This document shows, piece after piece, positions 22,441 through 34,909 of a stretch of DNA of 52,880 nucleotides (position 1 is its first letter; every line of letters starts with the position of its first letter). Under the pieces are notes generated by a model. That model searched no databases, had not been told where the DNA came from, and was given only the letters and a program-made list of their open reading frames with translations. A program made the position numbers and the translations under genes. Source of the stretch: Vitrella brassicaformis CCMP3155 (Eukaryota; Protista; Chromerida); the NCBI GenBank assembly GCA_001179505.1, contig CDMY01000551.1, forward strand, positions 1-52,880, read 5' to 3'.

Positions 22441-23774
22441 CGCCGACGGCTTCAAAAGCGAAGACCTGAGGTGAGCGAATGTGCGAGGGGAGCCGACCAG
22501 GCGTCATTCTTTCTCCATGGATGCATACGTACAGGCAGACAGAGACACAGATCATCAAGACAACCGATTGAGTCGATCCTGGGGTGATGTCAAGCTGGTC
22601 CTGTCGGTCGGACAGAACATACATGTACGTACAGTGTCCGTACGTATGTACATGCATTTCCACATATGTACGTACGTACATGGGACACACTACATTGACC
22701 GATTGAATCTGTGAGTCACTCGATTGATTCTCGCTCGGTCGGTCAATCAGTGACTGGGTGAGTGAGTAAGAGAGAGAGAAGATCAAATGTTTCCTGTGCG
22801 TAAGGGCAAAGCTGAGAGATGCACACAGTCAGTGTCAGTATATAGTCAGATAGATGGATAGAATGAGCGATACTATGAGCCCCCCGCAGCCCCAGTGTGA
22901 ATCGACCAAAAGAGTGGTCGCACAACCGGCAGCACGTTCCCCCCGCCCGCCCGCCGCGCCGGCCGGCCGCAGAAGGTCCTACCTCATGCCCTAAAAACAA
23001 GAAGAACCGACACGCGACACCCCTTGGTAGGTGGCGCAACCCAGCACATGTAATCACGCATTCAACAAGCAAGCCACACACTGCACGCACGCAGGAGCAA
23101 ATTGTGTTGAGCGTGTGAGTGAGTGAGTGAGTGAGTGAGTAAGGCACATGTAGGCACGCAGAGAAGGGGGGCGAAGCGATTGGTTGGGGGGAGGGGGTCG
23201 GGGGTGGTGTGGGGCCATAGACCTGTTCTCTCTCCATCCATCCATCCACCCATGGAAGGCAGGAAGGAAGTGTGGATGCAATGCAATTGGCGGTTGATCG
23301 ATCGACAAATAGACCGATAAGTCACGCAGCGATGGATGGCAAAAGATGATCGACCTGATCGTGTCTGTCTGCGCGAAGGAAGAGTGGATGGAGGACGGAC
23401 ACAATCAGTGGTGCGTGCGTTTGGCCATGGTGTACATGCATGCATTGTCATTGTGCTGCACAAACAAAGAAACCAAGGGCCCCAAACACTTTCAATTGCA
23501 AGCCCTCAGTCACAGTACGTACGTACGTGTCAAACACGCGTAGACTAAAAAAACCCATGTACACGTACATATGTATGTCCACGTACACATTGTACACACA
23601 CACGCGCGTACGTGTCTCTCTGCCTTCAGTCGGTCTTTCTCTCGCTCGGTCGGTCAATCAGTCAATTGGTTGATTGATTCACTGCTTGGGAGTGAGCGAC
23701 TGAGCGAGCGACTGTGTGGCTGCCGACAGACAGACAGCCATCGAGCCATCGAGCCATTGATTGATCGGCCGGTC

Positions 23775-24285
23775 ATGTCGACAGAGCAGCAGGAGGGCGG
23801 TGCAGCTGAGCGTGTGCCTTTGCTGGGTGGTCTGCTGGGCGGCGGCCTGACGTCGACGTTCGAGTGGTTCCCGCGGTCCAAGGGCATGGCCGGGTGGGAT
23901 GTGCGAGAGAGTTGTGTGCTGATCGGGCTGCTGCAGCTGGTGGTGGCCTTCATCCTGCACGAGACCATCGAGTACTTCAGGCCTGGCCTGCCCGGCGTCA
24001 AACTCTTTCTGCTCGCCTACTTCATTGCCGTCGGGACCTTCTTGTACGTACTCACACACAGCTGCAGACACACACAGAGAGAGAGGGAGACATGGATGGA
24101 TGTCTGCTGGGCCTCCCACTGCGAACAAATCAGTCGCCCTCTTTGTGTATTTGGGTGTGTGTGTGTGTGTCTGATGTGGTCACCATGGGTATGTCGATAT
24201 GATCGTCATATTCCAGCAGGTCGTTGGTGAGAGTCTTGACGCACACCAGCAGACCATCAGGACGGAGGCCCACACTTGAAGCACA

Positions 24286-24318
<33 letters not shown>

Positions 24319-24499
24319 ATCTTGCCCAACGAGCGGCAGTGAATCTGACACACAACATGCAGCGCGCAACATCTCCCCCATGCCCCTGCCCGGCTTTGCC
24401 CACCCACCACAGCACTCCGGAAACATGTCGATGAGCCAGCCGATGAAGAAGGAAGGCTTTCTTGCTGAGATCATGCTGCCCAGACAATACCACTTCTGA
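23775..24499 (+). CDS. Small 2-TM membrane protein with acidic (poly-Asp) cytosolic tail, unknown function
   Basis: Exon 1 MSTEQQ..CVLIGLLQLVVAFIL..LFLLAYFIAVGTFL joins in phase (TT|G) to SLVRVLTHTS..DDDDDDDDD..RQYHF*. Upstream exons are possible. Confidence 0.6.
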
Positions 24500-25353
24500 G
24501 CGACGACCGATGGCGCATCACCAGCCAGCTTGCACAGGACGTGACGCGGGCCAGACGGCCTGCAGAAGGGTAAACACACACTCCTGAAGGGTGCAGCTTC
24601 GCCCTCTCCCCCTTCTCTTTCTCTCTGCGTACGTGTGGTACGTGTCGGAGTGCCCTTTCTTCTTGGGCGGACGACCGACTACAGGGATGAGGACGGGCAG
24701 CAACGAGCGGCGCGACGCACACGTGCCCAGAATGCGAAACAGCACGGGCTGATCAACACAAACACAACGCCAATCACACCTATGCGCTTACACCGTCTTG
24801 CTGCGTATTGATCCGTGTGGTGAGGCTCACCATGAGGTGCTGTTTGATCCGCTCGAGTGTGTGTGGCCGCCCCTCTACCATGAGCAGCCTGTGGGACCTG
24901 CCCGACACTCTGCGAACCCATAACCGCCCCTCATGGGACTCAGACGGACTCAGACAACGACGCAGATCATCTGAGAGAGTGACGGCAGAGAATTGACAGC
25001 ACGAGGGATTTGTTGCATGGTGTGATCTGGCTGTGTACTCATTGCGCCTACCGAACATGGATGTGTGTGTGAGGAGGTCCAGTGCTGCAGCCTCGCTCAA
25101 CACAACCAGGGGTAACGACCGGTGGTCCGAGCCGCTCATCGACGGGGGGAAAGAGGGAGAGGGTCTTGGAGGGGGATCGCGAAGCCAAAAAGCTCGCCTT
25201 GACGGGAGTGAGGCCGAAGAAACAACGCCTTTCTCTCGTTAAGAACGGCGTTCACCCCGACGCAGACTCATCCCTTGGCAAGCCCCGCCTATTTGCATTG
25301 GAATCCGCCCCCACACTGCTGCAAGACACAACCCGTCGAGAGAGCAGCCGATC

Positions 25354-27607
25354 ATGAGGCCGCCCGGAGAGCGGACGCAAGAGCGATCGGAGGAGACGCT
25401 GAGTCATTCATCGGCCGATGAGGAAGCACCGGCCAGGCAGCGAGCCGCCTCCCGCAAGTCGGTGTGGCGCATCCTCACCGAGCCAGACAGACGGCAGGCA
25501 GGGGAGGCGCTGCTGGCAGCAGACGCCCAGCCGTACAGCAAGGAGAACAAGTACGCGTACACGATGGAGCCGGTGGAGCTGGAGACTCGGCGGCTGGTGA
25601 ACCCGCGCACGTCGGTGATGACACCGCGGGAGCTGACGAAGGAGCTGAGACGGCAGACGATCATGTCGCCTGAGTTTGAGGAGGCGCTGAAAGAAGAGTG
25701 AGTGAAGTGAAAGAGTGCGGAGTGAAGGCTCTTCATTCGAGTCTGCTTGCCTTCTTTGAATGTGCAGGAACCCGTCTGCCCACCACATGCTGTCAGCGAC
25801 CTGGATCGGCTACACGCTGCAGGCCAGCCTCTTCTTCGCTTCCGTCTTGGTGACGTCGCTGTCCCCCAACATCATCGCATACGCCAAGAGACACCCCAAG
25901 ACGGGCGAACGATATGAGCCGTTCATCGACGGTGAGCGAGGCGAGCAGAAGCTGCCAATATGCAGACACGATTGCCGTCTGTCTGTGTCTCTTGGTGCAG
26001 GTGTCCTGTATGTGGTGATGAATCTGTCCTTGCTCGTCATTATGGTGGCCACATCAGTGGTCATGCAAGGCGTCGCCGGGCTGAAACGCTGCTTCAACAT
26101 CAAGGTTCGGCGGATGATACTCGCATGTGGTGCCACAGCACTCTGCACACGCCCGTGTTGTGTGTGTGCCATCTGCAGGAGATTATGGTCATGTCGCCTC
26201 CTGCCATGCTGTACGGCATGTGTGACGTGCTCTACTCCATCTCACTGTCCTCCATAATCCCGCACTCTCCAACGTCCTCTCCCAGTCAAAGACCATCCTC
26301 ACCGCAGCCATTTGCCAGTACATGTGTCGAGCAACAAATGCACCGGCACTCCCGTGTGATGGCTCTTTGCTAGGTTTGGTCTCAAGAGGGAAGTGACGGC
26401 ATTGCAATGGACATTCTTATTATTGAAGATCATGGTGATTTTGCTGTTTATGCGGGTGGAGCAGCTGTTTGAGATCAGCGTTGCGAGCAAGGCTGAGAGG
26501 CAGGGGGAGACCGTGGGGCTCATCATCTACCTCATGGTGGTAAGACAGGCCTGGGACAGACACGACGTAGACCACCTCTCGTGCCGTGCATCCGGCTCTT
26601 GTCCATTTAGATCCTGATTGCGATCCCTGCGGGCGTCTTGTCAGACCATCTCTTTAAGAAGACGGCACAGAATCCATTCTACATACAAATGGCCCAGGCA
26701 AAGCACAAGCACCCTGCCGTAATGAGATAAATCATGAGAGTGGGTGCGTCCATGCAGACGGCTTGCGTGACGACCACCGCCGCCGGCCTGGTGGGCATCC
26801 TTCAGGCGTCTTATCCTGTCAATATTTGGCCCAAGCTCCTCAAGGAGGGCCCCTTCGCCGGCATGCACTGCAAGGGGCTGACTCCATGTGGATGGAATCT
26901 TCGTGTGTGGTTTATGATATTCTGGTGAGGGAAATGCAACCGCTCCTCTCGTCTCCACGTGTGTAGCCGCATGTTTGTGTGTGTACGGCAGGTTGCTGCT
27001 CCGTATCATCTTTGGGTGCCTGGTGATGAAGCGGCTCGATGCCATCTGGAAGTCGCTTGCAGATGCCGTCTCCACGGTCAGTATGCATGTGTGTCTCTGC
27101 CCTCTGCACCCATGACAGTTTGCCTCGTGCGCGCAGGTCGTGACGTACAGCTTTTCGATCATGATCTTTGGAGCGCCGATGGGGCCCGCCTTCGAACCAA
27201 AAGTGAGTTTTCAAGGCATCAGGTCGGATGGAGACATAGAGAGAGGAGACTGCGTGTCCCTCCTTGCTCCAGATGTTTCTGGCCTGTACTCTGGTCATCA
27301 CGGTGATCGGGTAAGCCACCTCGCACGACAGGTGACAATTCACGTCTTCCTTTCTCCCATGTGCAGCTATTTGATCACCAAGATTGAGCCGAAGGAGCCC
27401 CGCGCCGAGGAGACAGCACAGATCGAGCCGAAAGAGGACAGGAAACCCGTCATTCGAACAACGCGGACATTGGAGTCCATACAAGAACGCCCGGGCGACT
27501 GGGACGATACCCAGCGAGACCGCTCTGAGAGTGAGTCCGCATTTGAACCCGCAAGGGGTCTGCGTGCTGTTGGGGTGACTGTTGAGATGAAGCGGGAGGG
27601 ACAATAG
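25354..27607 (+). CDS. Nucleotide-sugar transporter (SLC35A / CMP-sialic acid and UDP-Gal transporter family)
   Basis: About 10 TM segments with family-like motifs PPAMLYGMCDVL, VLSQSKTILTA, VTALQW, PAGVLSDHLFK, FYIQMAQ, PFAG and LKRLDAIWKSLADAVST. An N-terminal extension further upstream (about 24880-25350) is possible. Confidence 0.85.
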
Positions 27608-27830
27608 GAGTGACAGATTACGGAGATAGGACAATGTCATGACAACTGAGACATGTACGTATGCAACAGGGCGTGTGCGATGGAATGGAGTTGAGACATT
27701 CAAAGGCTGCGTGAGCAAAGCTTCGTGCCAGTACATTCGCAAAATCCCATGCAAAATCCTTACGATTTACGAATTTGAATGAAATGGGGGGTACGTGGGG
27801 CCAGGGAACAGCGTTCGTCCATCACCAAGA

Positions 27831-30800
27831 ATGATCGTTCCCCTCCCGAAGCTTAAACAGGTCAAGCCCGTCTCGAACAGAAGACTTGGCGTGCCCCCTG
27901 CCACCTCCCCTCACCACGACACGGTGCCAGGCACTTTCAAATTATCGGAGACCGAAGTGAGTGTTGAGCTGAGGACGAAAGAGGACATTCACTGGCTGAA
28001 GTCGCTCGACTCGAATGGCCGTTCGCCATTGCACATCGCCTGCCTCGAGGTAAGTTAAAGGGGCTCGCATGGCATTGCAAGTATGTCCTCTTTTTTGTGT
28101 CCTTTTCTGTTCCGCACACTGAAGGGGAATCTGCCCGTGGTGCAGAAGATCCTCTCCTCGAAGGAGGGCAGGGATTCCGAACTGATCCTGCAAAGGGACA
28201 ACTACAACAATCCTCCCATTCTGAGTGCTTGTGTCCGTGGCAATCCGCTGGGAGATCAGACCATAAGGCCGCCGCCGCCCTCTAATGCCACACGCATTGT
28301 TGGCCTGCTGCTGGACCCCACTGCCGGCGGCGCTGATTTGGGGCTGCCTCTCACCGCCCTGCCGCCCCTCACGGAGAGCTCTTCGTCACGTTCTGTCACT
28401 GCTTCGCCGCATGTGCTGAATCGGACTACATTGTGAGTTCTACAACACACGCCACTTGCCTGCACTTACGTGTGCTGTCATTCCTGCAGCTGGTCGTGTC
28501 TGCACTGGTCCTGCTTTCATGGTGATGAGACGCTGACAAGTCTATTGCTGGAGCATGGAGTGCGTTACGACCTTATGGAGGCGCAAATGCTGCTGCCCAT
28601 TGACATCGCCGGCATGCGGAGACACAGAAGGGTTGTCGGAACTCTGCTGCACTTCATGCGACAAACACCCCCGTCAGAGCTGAAAGCGACCGAGAGCGTC
28701 GATATACTCAGGTAGCATTCCAGACAGGGGGGCAGGTGTGGGAGAGTGTCCTGCCAGTGAAGCGCAACCATTGTACTTCTGTAGAAAGGCCAAAAGGAAA
28801 GATTTGATGGCGACACCCCGCAGAATCAACCAAGCGGTCACATATTGGGCATCGGCATTCAAATTCCAGAAGACTCTCCGGTCGGTGAAGTCTCCTCAGG
28901 ACGGCCTTCAAGCTCAGCCAGCCTTGCTCAAGCAGACAGCTCTCCATGCTGCATCTCAGGCAGGTACACATGAGACAAGTGATTCTGAAGAGACGTTGGA
29001 CTTCATGAATTCCCTCTCTCTCTTGACCAGGCCACGTGGAGCCGTTGAAGCTGTTGCTTGAGCGGGGGCTCACCAGCATTCCAGCGTCGAAGGCACTGAG
29101 AATCCTTCACCACCAAGACGTCAACGGCAACACATGTCTCCACCTGGCAGCCCTTCATGGGCACAGCAAGTGCGTGCGGCTTCTACTGGCCGCTGATGAT
29201 CGATTCCACGCCGAGGTTGCGAGACAGGACAAGGGTCGACCCAAGGTGACCCTGTCCAGGGCCAGAACGGGACGACTAGCAGCGGGACGTGTGCACACGG
29301 CTGAGGGAAGGGGCAGGATGAGACTTTTCTGTATTGCGAACAAGTAGGTACGTCTCCCAAGAGAGGTCTGCCAGGATTGCTGATCTTTTCTCCATGCATT
29401 GTCTCTGTACGCAGTGATGGCGCGACCCCTGATGCGCTGATGGGCGACCGCAATCTTCACACGGGCTTCCTGCACCAGCTGAAGGCAGCGGTCGATCAGA
29501 GGTCAAAGACTGACTTCGTCCTCGTCATCGATGGCAACAAGGTGGGTCAGCTTCTTCAAACGTGCGCCAAGATATTTGTCGCTCTGTGGTTGGTACAGGC
29601 ATCTTCCCTGCATCTCGTGCGGTCAGCTTTGTCTGCCTGTCCTTTCTTCCAGGTGGCATACATTCGGTCCAAATCAGGTGATAACAAGTCAGGCTGAAAT
29701 ACACTTTTAGTACCTTATATCTGTGTCTCATCGTAGGTCCGTACGAGTTCATTCTCATCCATCTCCCTGACAGTCACCTCCACGCCGCTGCTGAGGCAAC
29801 GAATCTCCGCCTGCTCAAGAAGGACACAGACGCTCTTCGCGACGAGCCCTTCACGGCCAGAGACGCACACGAATTCCTGCCGTTTCGCTCTCGTGACCGC
29901 ATTGAGGTTGTCCACAAGTGCCTGAGCGCCTTTGCACTGCCTCTGCACAAACTTCTGGAGAGGAAAGACGTCTTGAAGGCGTTTCCTGTGCATGATCGAT
30001 TCGATATTGACACCATTCGACGGCTGTGGCGATACAAACCTTTTCGCCCTCCTTATCCGCTAAGCCACCTCAGACCTTTCCTCATGGTGAGGAGGAGACA
30101 GAGACAGGCTTATTCAATCTTATTTCTCGTGGATCGCGTTATGTGTCAGGAGGGCCCACATCTCGACTACCTGCACCTGCACGCCATCCGCAACTACTTC
30201 GGCGAGCGCGTGGCCTTCTCTTGCGCGTGGCTGGCCTTCAACTGTGTGTGGCTGCTTCCCCTCATCCCGTTTGGCTTGGCCCTCACAGCGTGGCAGATCG
30301 CGATCGGACAGCTCGCCCTGCCCCACTACCTGCTACCGGCGTGGGGCGTGTGTGTATCCGTCTGGGCCACTGTTGTCGTCGAGCGGTGGAAACGAAAACG
30401 AGCTGAGCTGTGTCTGGCGTGGCGTGTCGGGGAGAGTGAGATATCACCGCTCCGGCGTCAGTATAAGGGAAACGAGACAGTGAATTGGCTCACGGAGGAG
30501 GTCGAGCCTAGAGCACACCGGTCGCGGCGATATGTCATTGCGTTCCTGACTCTTCCCGTGTTCTTCGGCCTCATGGCGGCCCTGTTGATCGCGTAAGGAG
30601 ACTGGCTGGGGATGAGACAGTGCGTGATCCGTAATGGTGTCCTTTCTGTGTCTGATTTCCGCAGCTATGTCATGTCCAAGATCTATCAGCGAGTAATTCA
30701 GGTATAGGCCACAAACAGACAAATCAATGCCTTCATGTAGCCTACTCGAACCGCCTCCATGCTCACGTGTCTTTGTTAGGCCGAGATGGACTCCGGGTTT

Positions 30801-32484
30801 GGCGCGGAGTTCCTCTACTATGGCCCGACAGGTGTGTGCAGCAGAATGGCTCCGACTCCGTCATGTGTCCATGTGTGTGTCTCTGCAGGTGTGTACAGTA
30901 TTGTGGTTGTGGTCATCAACCTGCAGTATCGGAGGCTGGCGTTTCGCTGTGCCGACATGGAGAATCAGCGCACGCAAGTAGGCTACAAGACATAACTGTG
31001 GCTGCCCAGTGAAATGGGTGTGTGTTTCAGGAAGAGTATGACCAGTCCGTCGTCTCCAAGACTTTCCTGTTTGTCTTTCTCAACAGCTACCTCACTCTCT
31101 TCTACTCTCTGTTCAGAGGTCAGAGAAGATGGTCGGTGCGTATCCACCTATTTGTCAAATGCTGGTTCGGTCACAGACAGGCGGAAGGAGCCGCTGCTCT
31201 TCCTTGTCATCTGTCTCATGATATGCACACAGGCCGCATCGTTCTTCACGGTCAGTGAGGAAATATGCATGCATCATCCACACAGCTGAGATTTGTTCTC
31301 TTCAGCTCCACATACTTCCAAAAGCCCTGATATGGCGAAAACGACATCGCACGGAACACAAGATGGACAGCAGCAGCAATGACAAGAAGCAGCCCTCAGG
31401 GCACAAGATCGGCTTTACGAGGCCGCACAACCAGCGCCATGGACCAAAGCGAGTCGCACCCGTCCTTTGTCTAGAGGAGAGCGGGAGTCCTGTGTTGCGA
31501 GATTCGACGACGGATGAGCCGATAGAAGACTCCAGGCCCTGGGGCATCGACCAAGTGGAACATAACTTCACTCTGCTGGAGTGGCTGCGGCCGACAGACG
31601 ATTTCGAGTCTATGATCGTGCAGTTTGGCTACGTGGTGATGTTCTCGGCCATCTTCCCTCTGGCACCGTTGCTCGCACTTATTGGTGAGGCGATGTTCAT
31701 TCGTGTCTCCCTCTGCCATTCATACGTGTCCCTATCGACAGGCAATTTGTTGGAGCTGCGCACGTTCGTCATAGGCCGCATAACCCATGAACGCCGCCCC
31801 CTGCCCGAGCGAGCCACCGGCATCGGCCCATGGCAACCCATCTACGAGTTCTTCTCCATCTTTTCGGTCGTCGCCAATCTGATTGTGCTGTGGTTCACCG
31901 AGAATCCCACGCCCGAGGAATGCGACAGCAAGGCTGGAGGAATGGGACTCACGCATTGGGTGATCGTCGAGCACCTGCTTATCCTGGTCAAGCTAATTGT
32001 GGCTGTCTGTGTGCCCAATGCGCCGCTGTGGGTGACGGTGAAGATCGACAAACTGAGAAGAAGGCGAATGAAGAAAAGCCACGAGCGTAGCGCCATTGAG
32101 TCGCAGCACGGCGCATCGATCATGACGAAGAAGGCGGCATTCTCTGAACACCAGAAGGACGAGACAGCGGCAGTGCCAGAGCAACACGCGGAAGTCAAAA
32201 AGTCATTCGGCAGTGCCAGCGATTCGGCACGGGTAAGAGCCAGTGCCGAATCGCTGGCCCTCACAGGCTATGAGACAGATGTGTCGGCCGATGGTGATGA
32301 CGCTGTCTCGTGGTTTCCCAATCCGTCGCCCGTGGCGGCAAGTATGGCAGACCTCTTTGCGTCCCTCGCTTTGCCGGCAGAGCCTCCTGCAATGCCAGCC
32401 GAGGAAAGAGAGACATTGCAGATGAGAAATGAGGAGCTGATGCAGAGATGTGTTGAGATGCGGATGCTTCTTCCGAGGCGGTAG
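27831..32484 (+). CDS. Anoctamin/TMEM16-family protein with N-terminal ankyrin repeats
   Basis: Ankyrin motifs GRSPLHIACLEGNLPVVQKIL, WSCLHWSCFHGDETLTSLLLEHG, QTALHAASQAGHVEPLKLLLE and GNTCLHLAALHGHSKCVRLLL. These are followed in phase by anoctamin motifs AFPVHD, IRNYFGERVAF, WKRKRAEL...W, MENQRTQEEYDQS...K.FLF.FLNSY..LFY, DDFESMIVQFGYVVMFSAIFPLAPLLAL, RRPLPERATGIGPW and VEHLL. Start codon uncertain. Confidence 0.9.
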
Positions 32485-32865
32485 CTACTAGTACTAACTG
32501 ACTGACTGGGTGACGGACGTTGGCTGTGGAGAGTGCATGTTTCGATAACTGGATCAATGTGACGATAGGCCGATGTGACACCTTATGCGTGTGTAACATG
32601 CTCACGGATGGCGTCCTCAGAGCGTTTGTTGTAGACAGCCGTACTCGCGTGTTGAATGCCCGCGTATGCCCCCCATCTATAGTATAGAGTGGGCATGCGT
32701 AGAGTAGACCATGCATGGCCGGCTATGCGGATGGGAGGGACATACATACGTGAATGATTGGTTTCCACCGCAGCAAAGCCTCCATGGCACACGGTCTTCA
32801 ACACCAAAACAGCTAAGCCTCACAGCAAGCCTCCCACAATGCAATCAACACATGGATAGATAGGT

Positions 32866-34085
32866 TCAGCAGGCTTCCTCACACATAAGGGGAGCCCTCT
32901 CCGCTTCTGGACTGCATAAATCTACACACACACACACACACACCGGACACATACCTGGGTGGGCGGATGGATGGTCGCAGAATGGCTGGCACACCTGAAC
33001 TGCCGTTCGTTGAGCGCCTTCTGCATCTTGATGCTGCGCAGCATCGACTGCACACACAATGGTGAGCAGGAGACTCGTTGGGGTGCCTTTTTGCTGGCCG
33101 GTGTGCCTGCCTCATTCGCCTAGCCTACCTTGGCAATGCAAGTGTCAATGACGCCGTGCTCCGCGATGTTGATCCGCCCGGCACCACCAGACAACTGCAT
33201 CCATCCATCCATCCATCGATGTGAGTCCTTCCTTCTGTGTGTGTGTCCCTTCCTGACATACCTTGATGGGAACCTCGGCCTTGAGTCTGTCCAGGTTGGC
33301 GTTGCAGTAGCGCAGCAGCTGCTTGTCGTCCCGGACTGCGGCAATTGCGGCCACAGAACCACACAAGAAGCTCTTTCGTGTGTCTGCGTGTGTGTGTGTG
33401 TGTGTACTTGTGAAGGTGCGATCCTGTGCCTCCCTCTCCTTGTGTCTCCTCATGAAGCTGTTCTCCCTCAGGGTCTGCAACATTCGCGGCGTCTCGCGCT
33501 CAACCATCGCATGCTGCACACAACACACCCGAGGCAGGCAGTGTGTCGAATGCATGGCAGGCCTGCCTGCCTGCAGTGATTGATGTGAACAGGTACCTAC
33601 CTGCACCAACATTCTGACGTATCTGTAGAGGGGCACCAGCTCATTCTCATTCAAGCCATTCTGCTCCACAAACTCCACCACCCTCTGACACACAGACACA
33701 GCACAGACATGTAGGTCTCGTCCACCTTCTCCCTCTCTCCCTCCCTCCCTGCTCACGCGTTTGCATTTTGTGCCACTGGTCTCGTGGGACTGGATGGTCA
33801 GCACGGCCGTGCGGTACTGCTGGTCGCTGCCCAGGCCCACCTCCAGCTGCACAAGGTTCGGCCCCGCCCTGGGGTCGTTGACCGGCAGGTATCGGAGGCT
33901 GGTGATCGGCTGCAGCACCACCCGCTCGGCTGCCTTGTCCAGCGACACAGGATGGTAGTGCCCAGATGCAGTGGGGGAGGCCACACTCTCCAGCAACGAA
34001 CGAAGCGCACTCTCCCTGATGAACAGATAGAAACAAACAGACAGACAGACAGATGCAGGAAGGGCAGGAGACAGGCCGCTCCTCC

Positions 34086-34119
<34 letters not shown>

Positions 34120-34693
34120 CAGATGTCTCGCTCTCTCTTGTCTCTGAATTCCAGCAGGGTGAGTGCAGGTCGGCCGTGGCCACTCCCGGGAGATGCATCG
34201 CCGGCCATAGGCGAGGAAGGGTCCGGAAAGGCCGACGGTGGGTGGCCTATGACCAGCACCGGCAGGCCGGCCTCTTCGGCATGCAAATCCGTGTAGAGCT
34301 GCGCCTGCAGACGACTGATCTCGCTGATGACGACTGCACCACGCACACAGACAGACAGACGGACAAACCATGGCACACAACCAGAATGAGACTGCATGTG
34401 TGTTTGCGTGTGTTACTCTTGATGGGGTCGCCTCGCTTCTCGCTCGCAATGGTGAGGACCTGCATCTTATCGTCAACACTTACAATCGCACGCTGCAACA
34501 GGGAAACGGGCACAGCACAGCACAGAGCAGCAGCCACAGAACCACGATTACCCCATTGAGAAGGAATCTACATTCTCACTCCCTCCCCATCACCCACTGT
34601 CGGCTCCCGTACCTCTTTGGTGAGGTGTCTGGTGGAGCGGAAGTAACAGCCCGTGGGTCTGCGGAGGACCTCCAGCATGTGCACACCCGCCAT
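32866..34693 (-). CDS. Hypothetical protein with N-terminal PH-like fold and a PFU-like segment
   Basis: In-phase exons: MAGVHMLEVLRRPTGCYFRSTRHLTKE / RAIVSVDDKMQVLTI.. / IVISEISRL...LTLLEFRDKRERDIWESALRSLL (PH-like C-terminal helix), then LEVGLG..AVLTIQ..ET..KRVVEFVEQNGLNE..L..LYRYV; ends SPEAERAPLMCEEAC*. Domain names are inference. Confidence 0.65.
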
Positions 34694-34909
34694 AGGTGCG
34701 AACCAAATGAATGAGAAGAGTTGACTCTTTCGACGAGACCGACACGTGGTCAGCCGGGAAAATGAATGCGGCAGAAAGGAGACAAAAGTGCACAGCAAAC
34801 GAACTGTTACCGAGAGCCGTAGAATCCTTTCGTTTGCAAGACTGGGGGCACGTTGGGGGCGAGACTGCGAGCTAAGCTTGTGCCGAAGTTGTACGCTTGC
34901 TGCTTGAAG

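Noticed and set aside
22860-23550. Short ORFs between the secreted protein and the 2-TM gene
   Set aside because: I could not build a consistent multi-exon frame or find any motif. Probably UTR or intergenic sequence, though upstream exons of the 23775 gene are not excluded.
24880-25357. ORF ending in a TGA that overlaps the transporter ATG (possible uORF or extra 5' exons)
   Set aside because: No splice path into the transporter frame could be supported. Left open for RNA-seq.
33145-34479. 444-aa minus-strand ORF as one exon
   Set aside because: It reads through several microsatellite introns and switches between true and false frames. Only parts are real exons.
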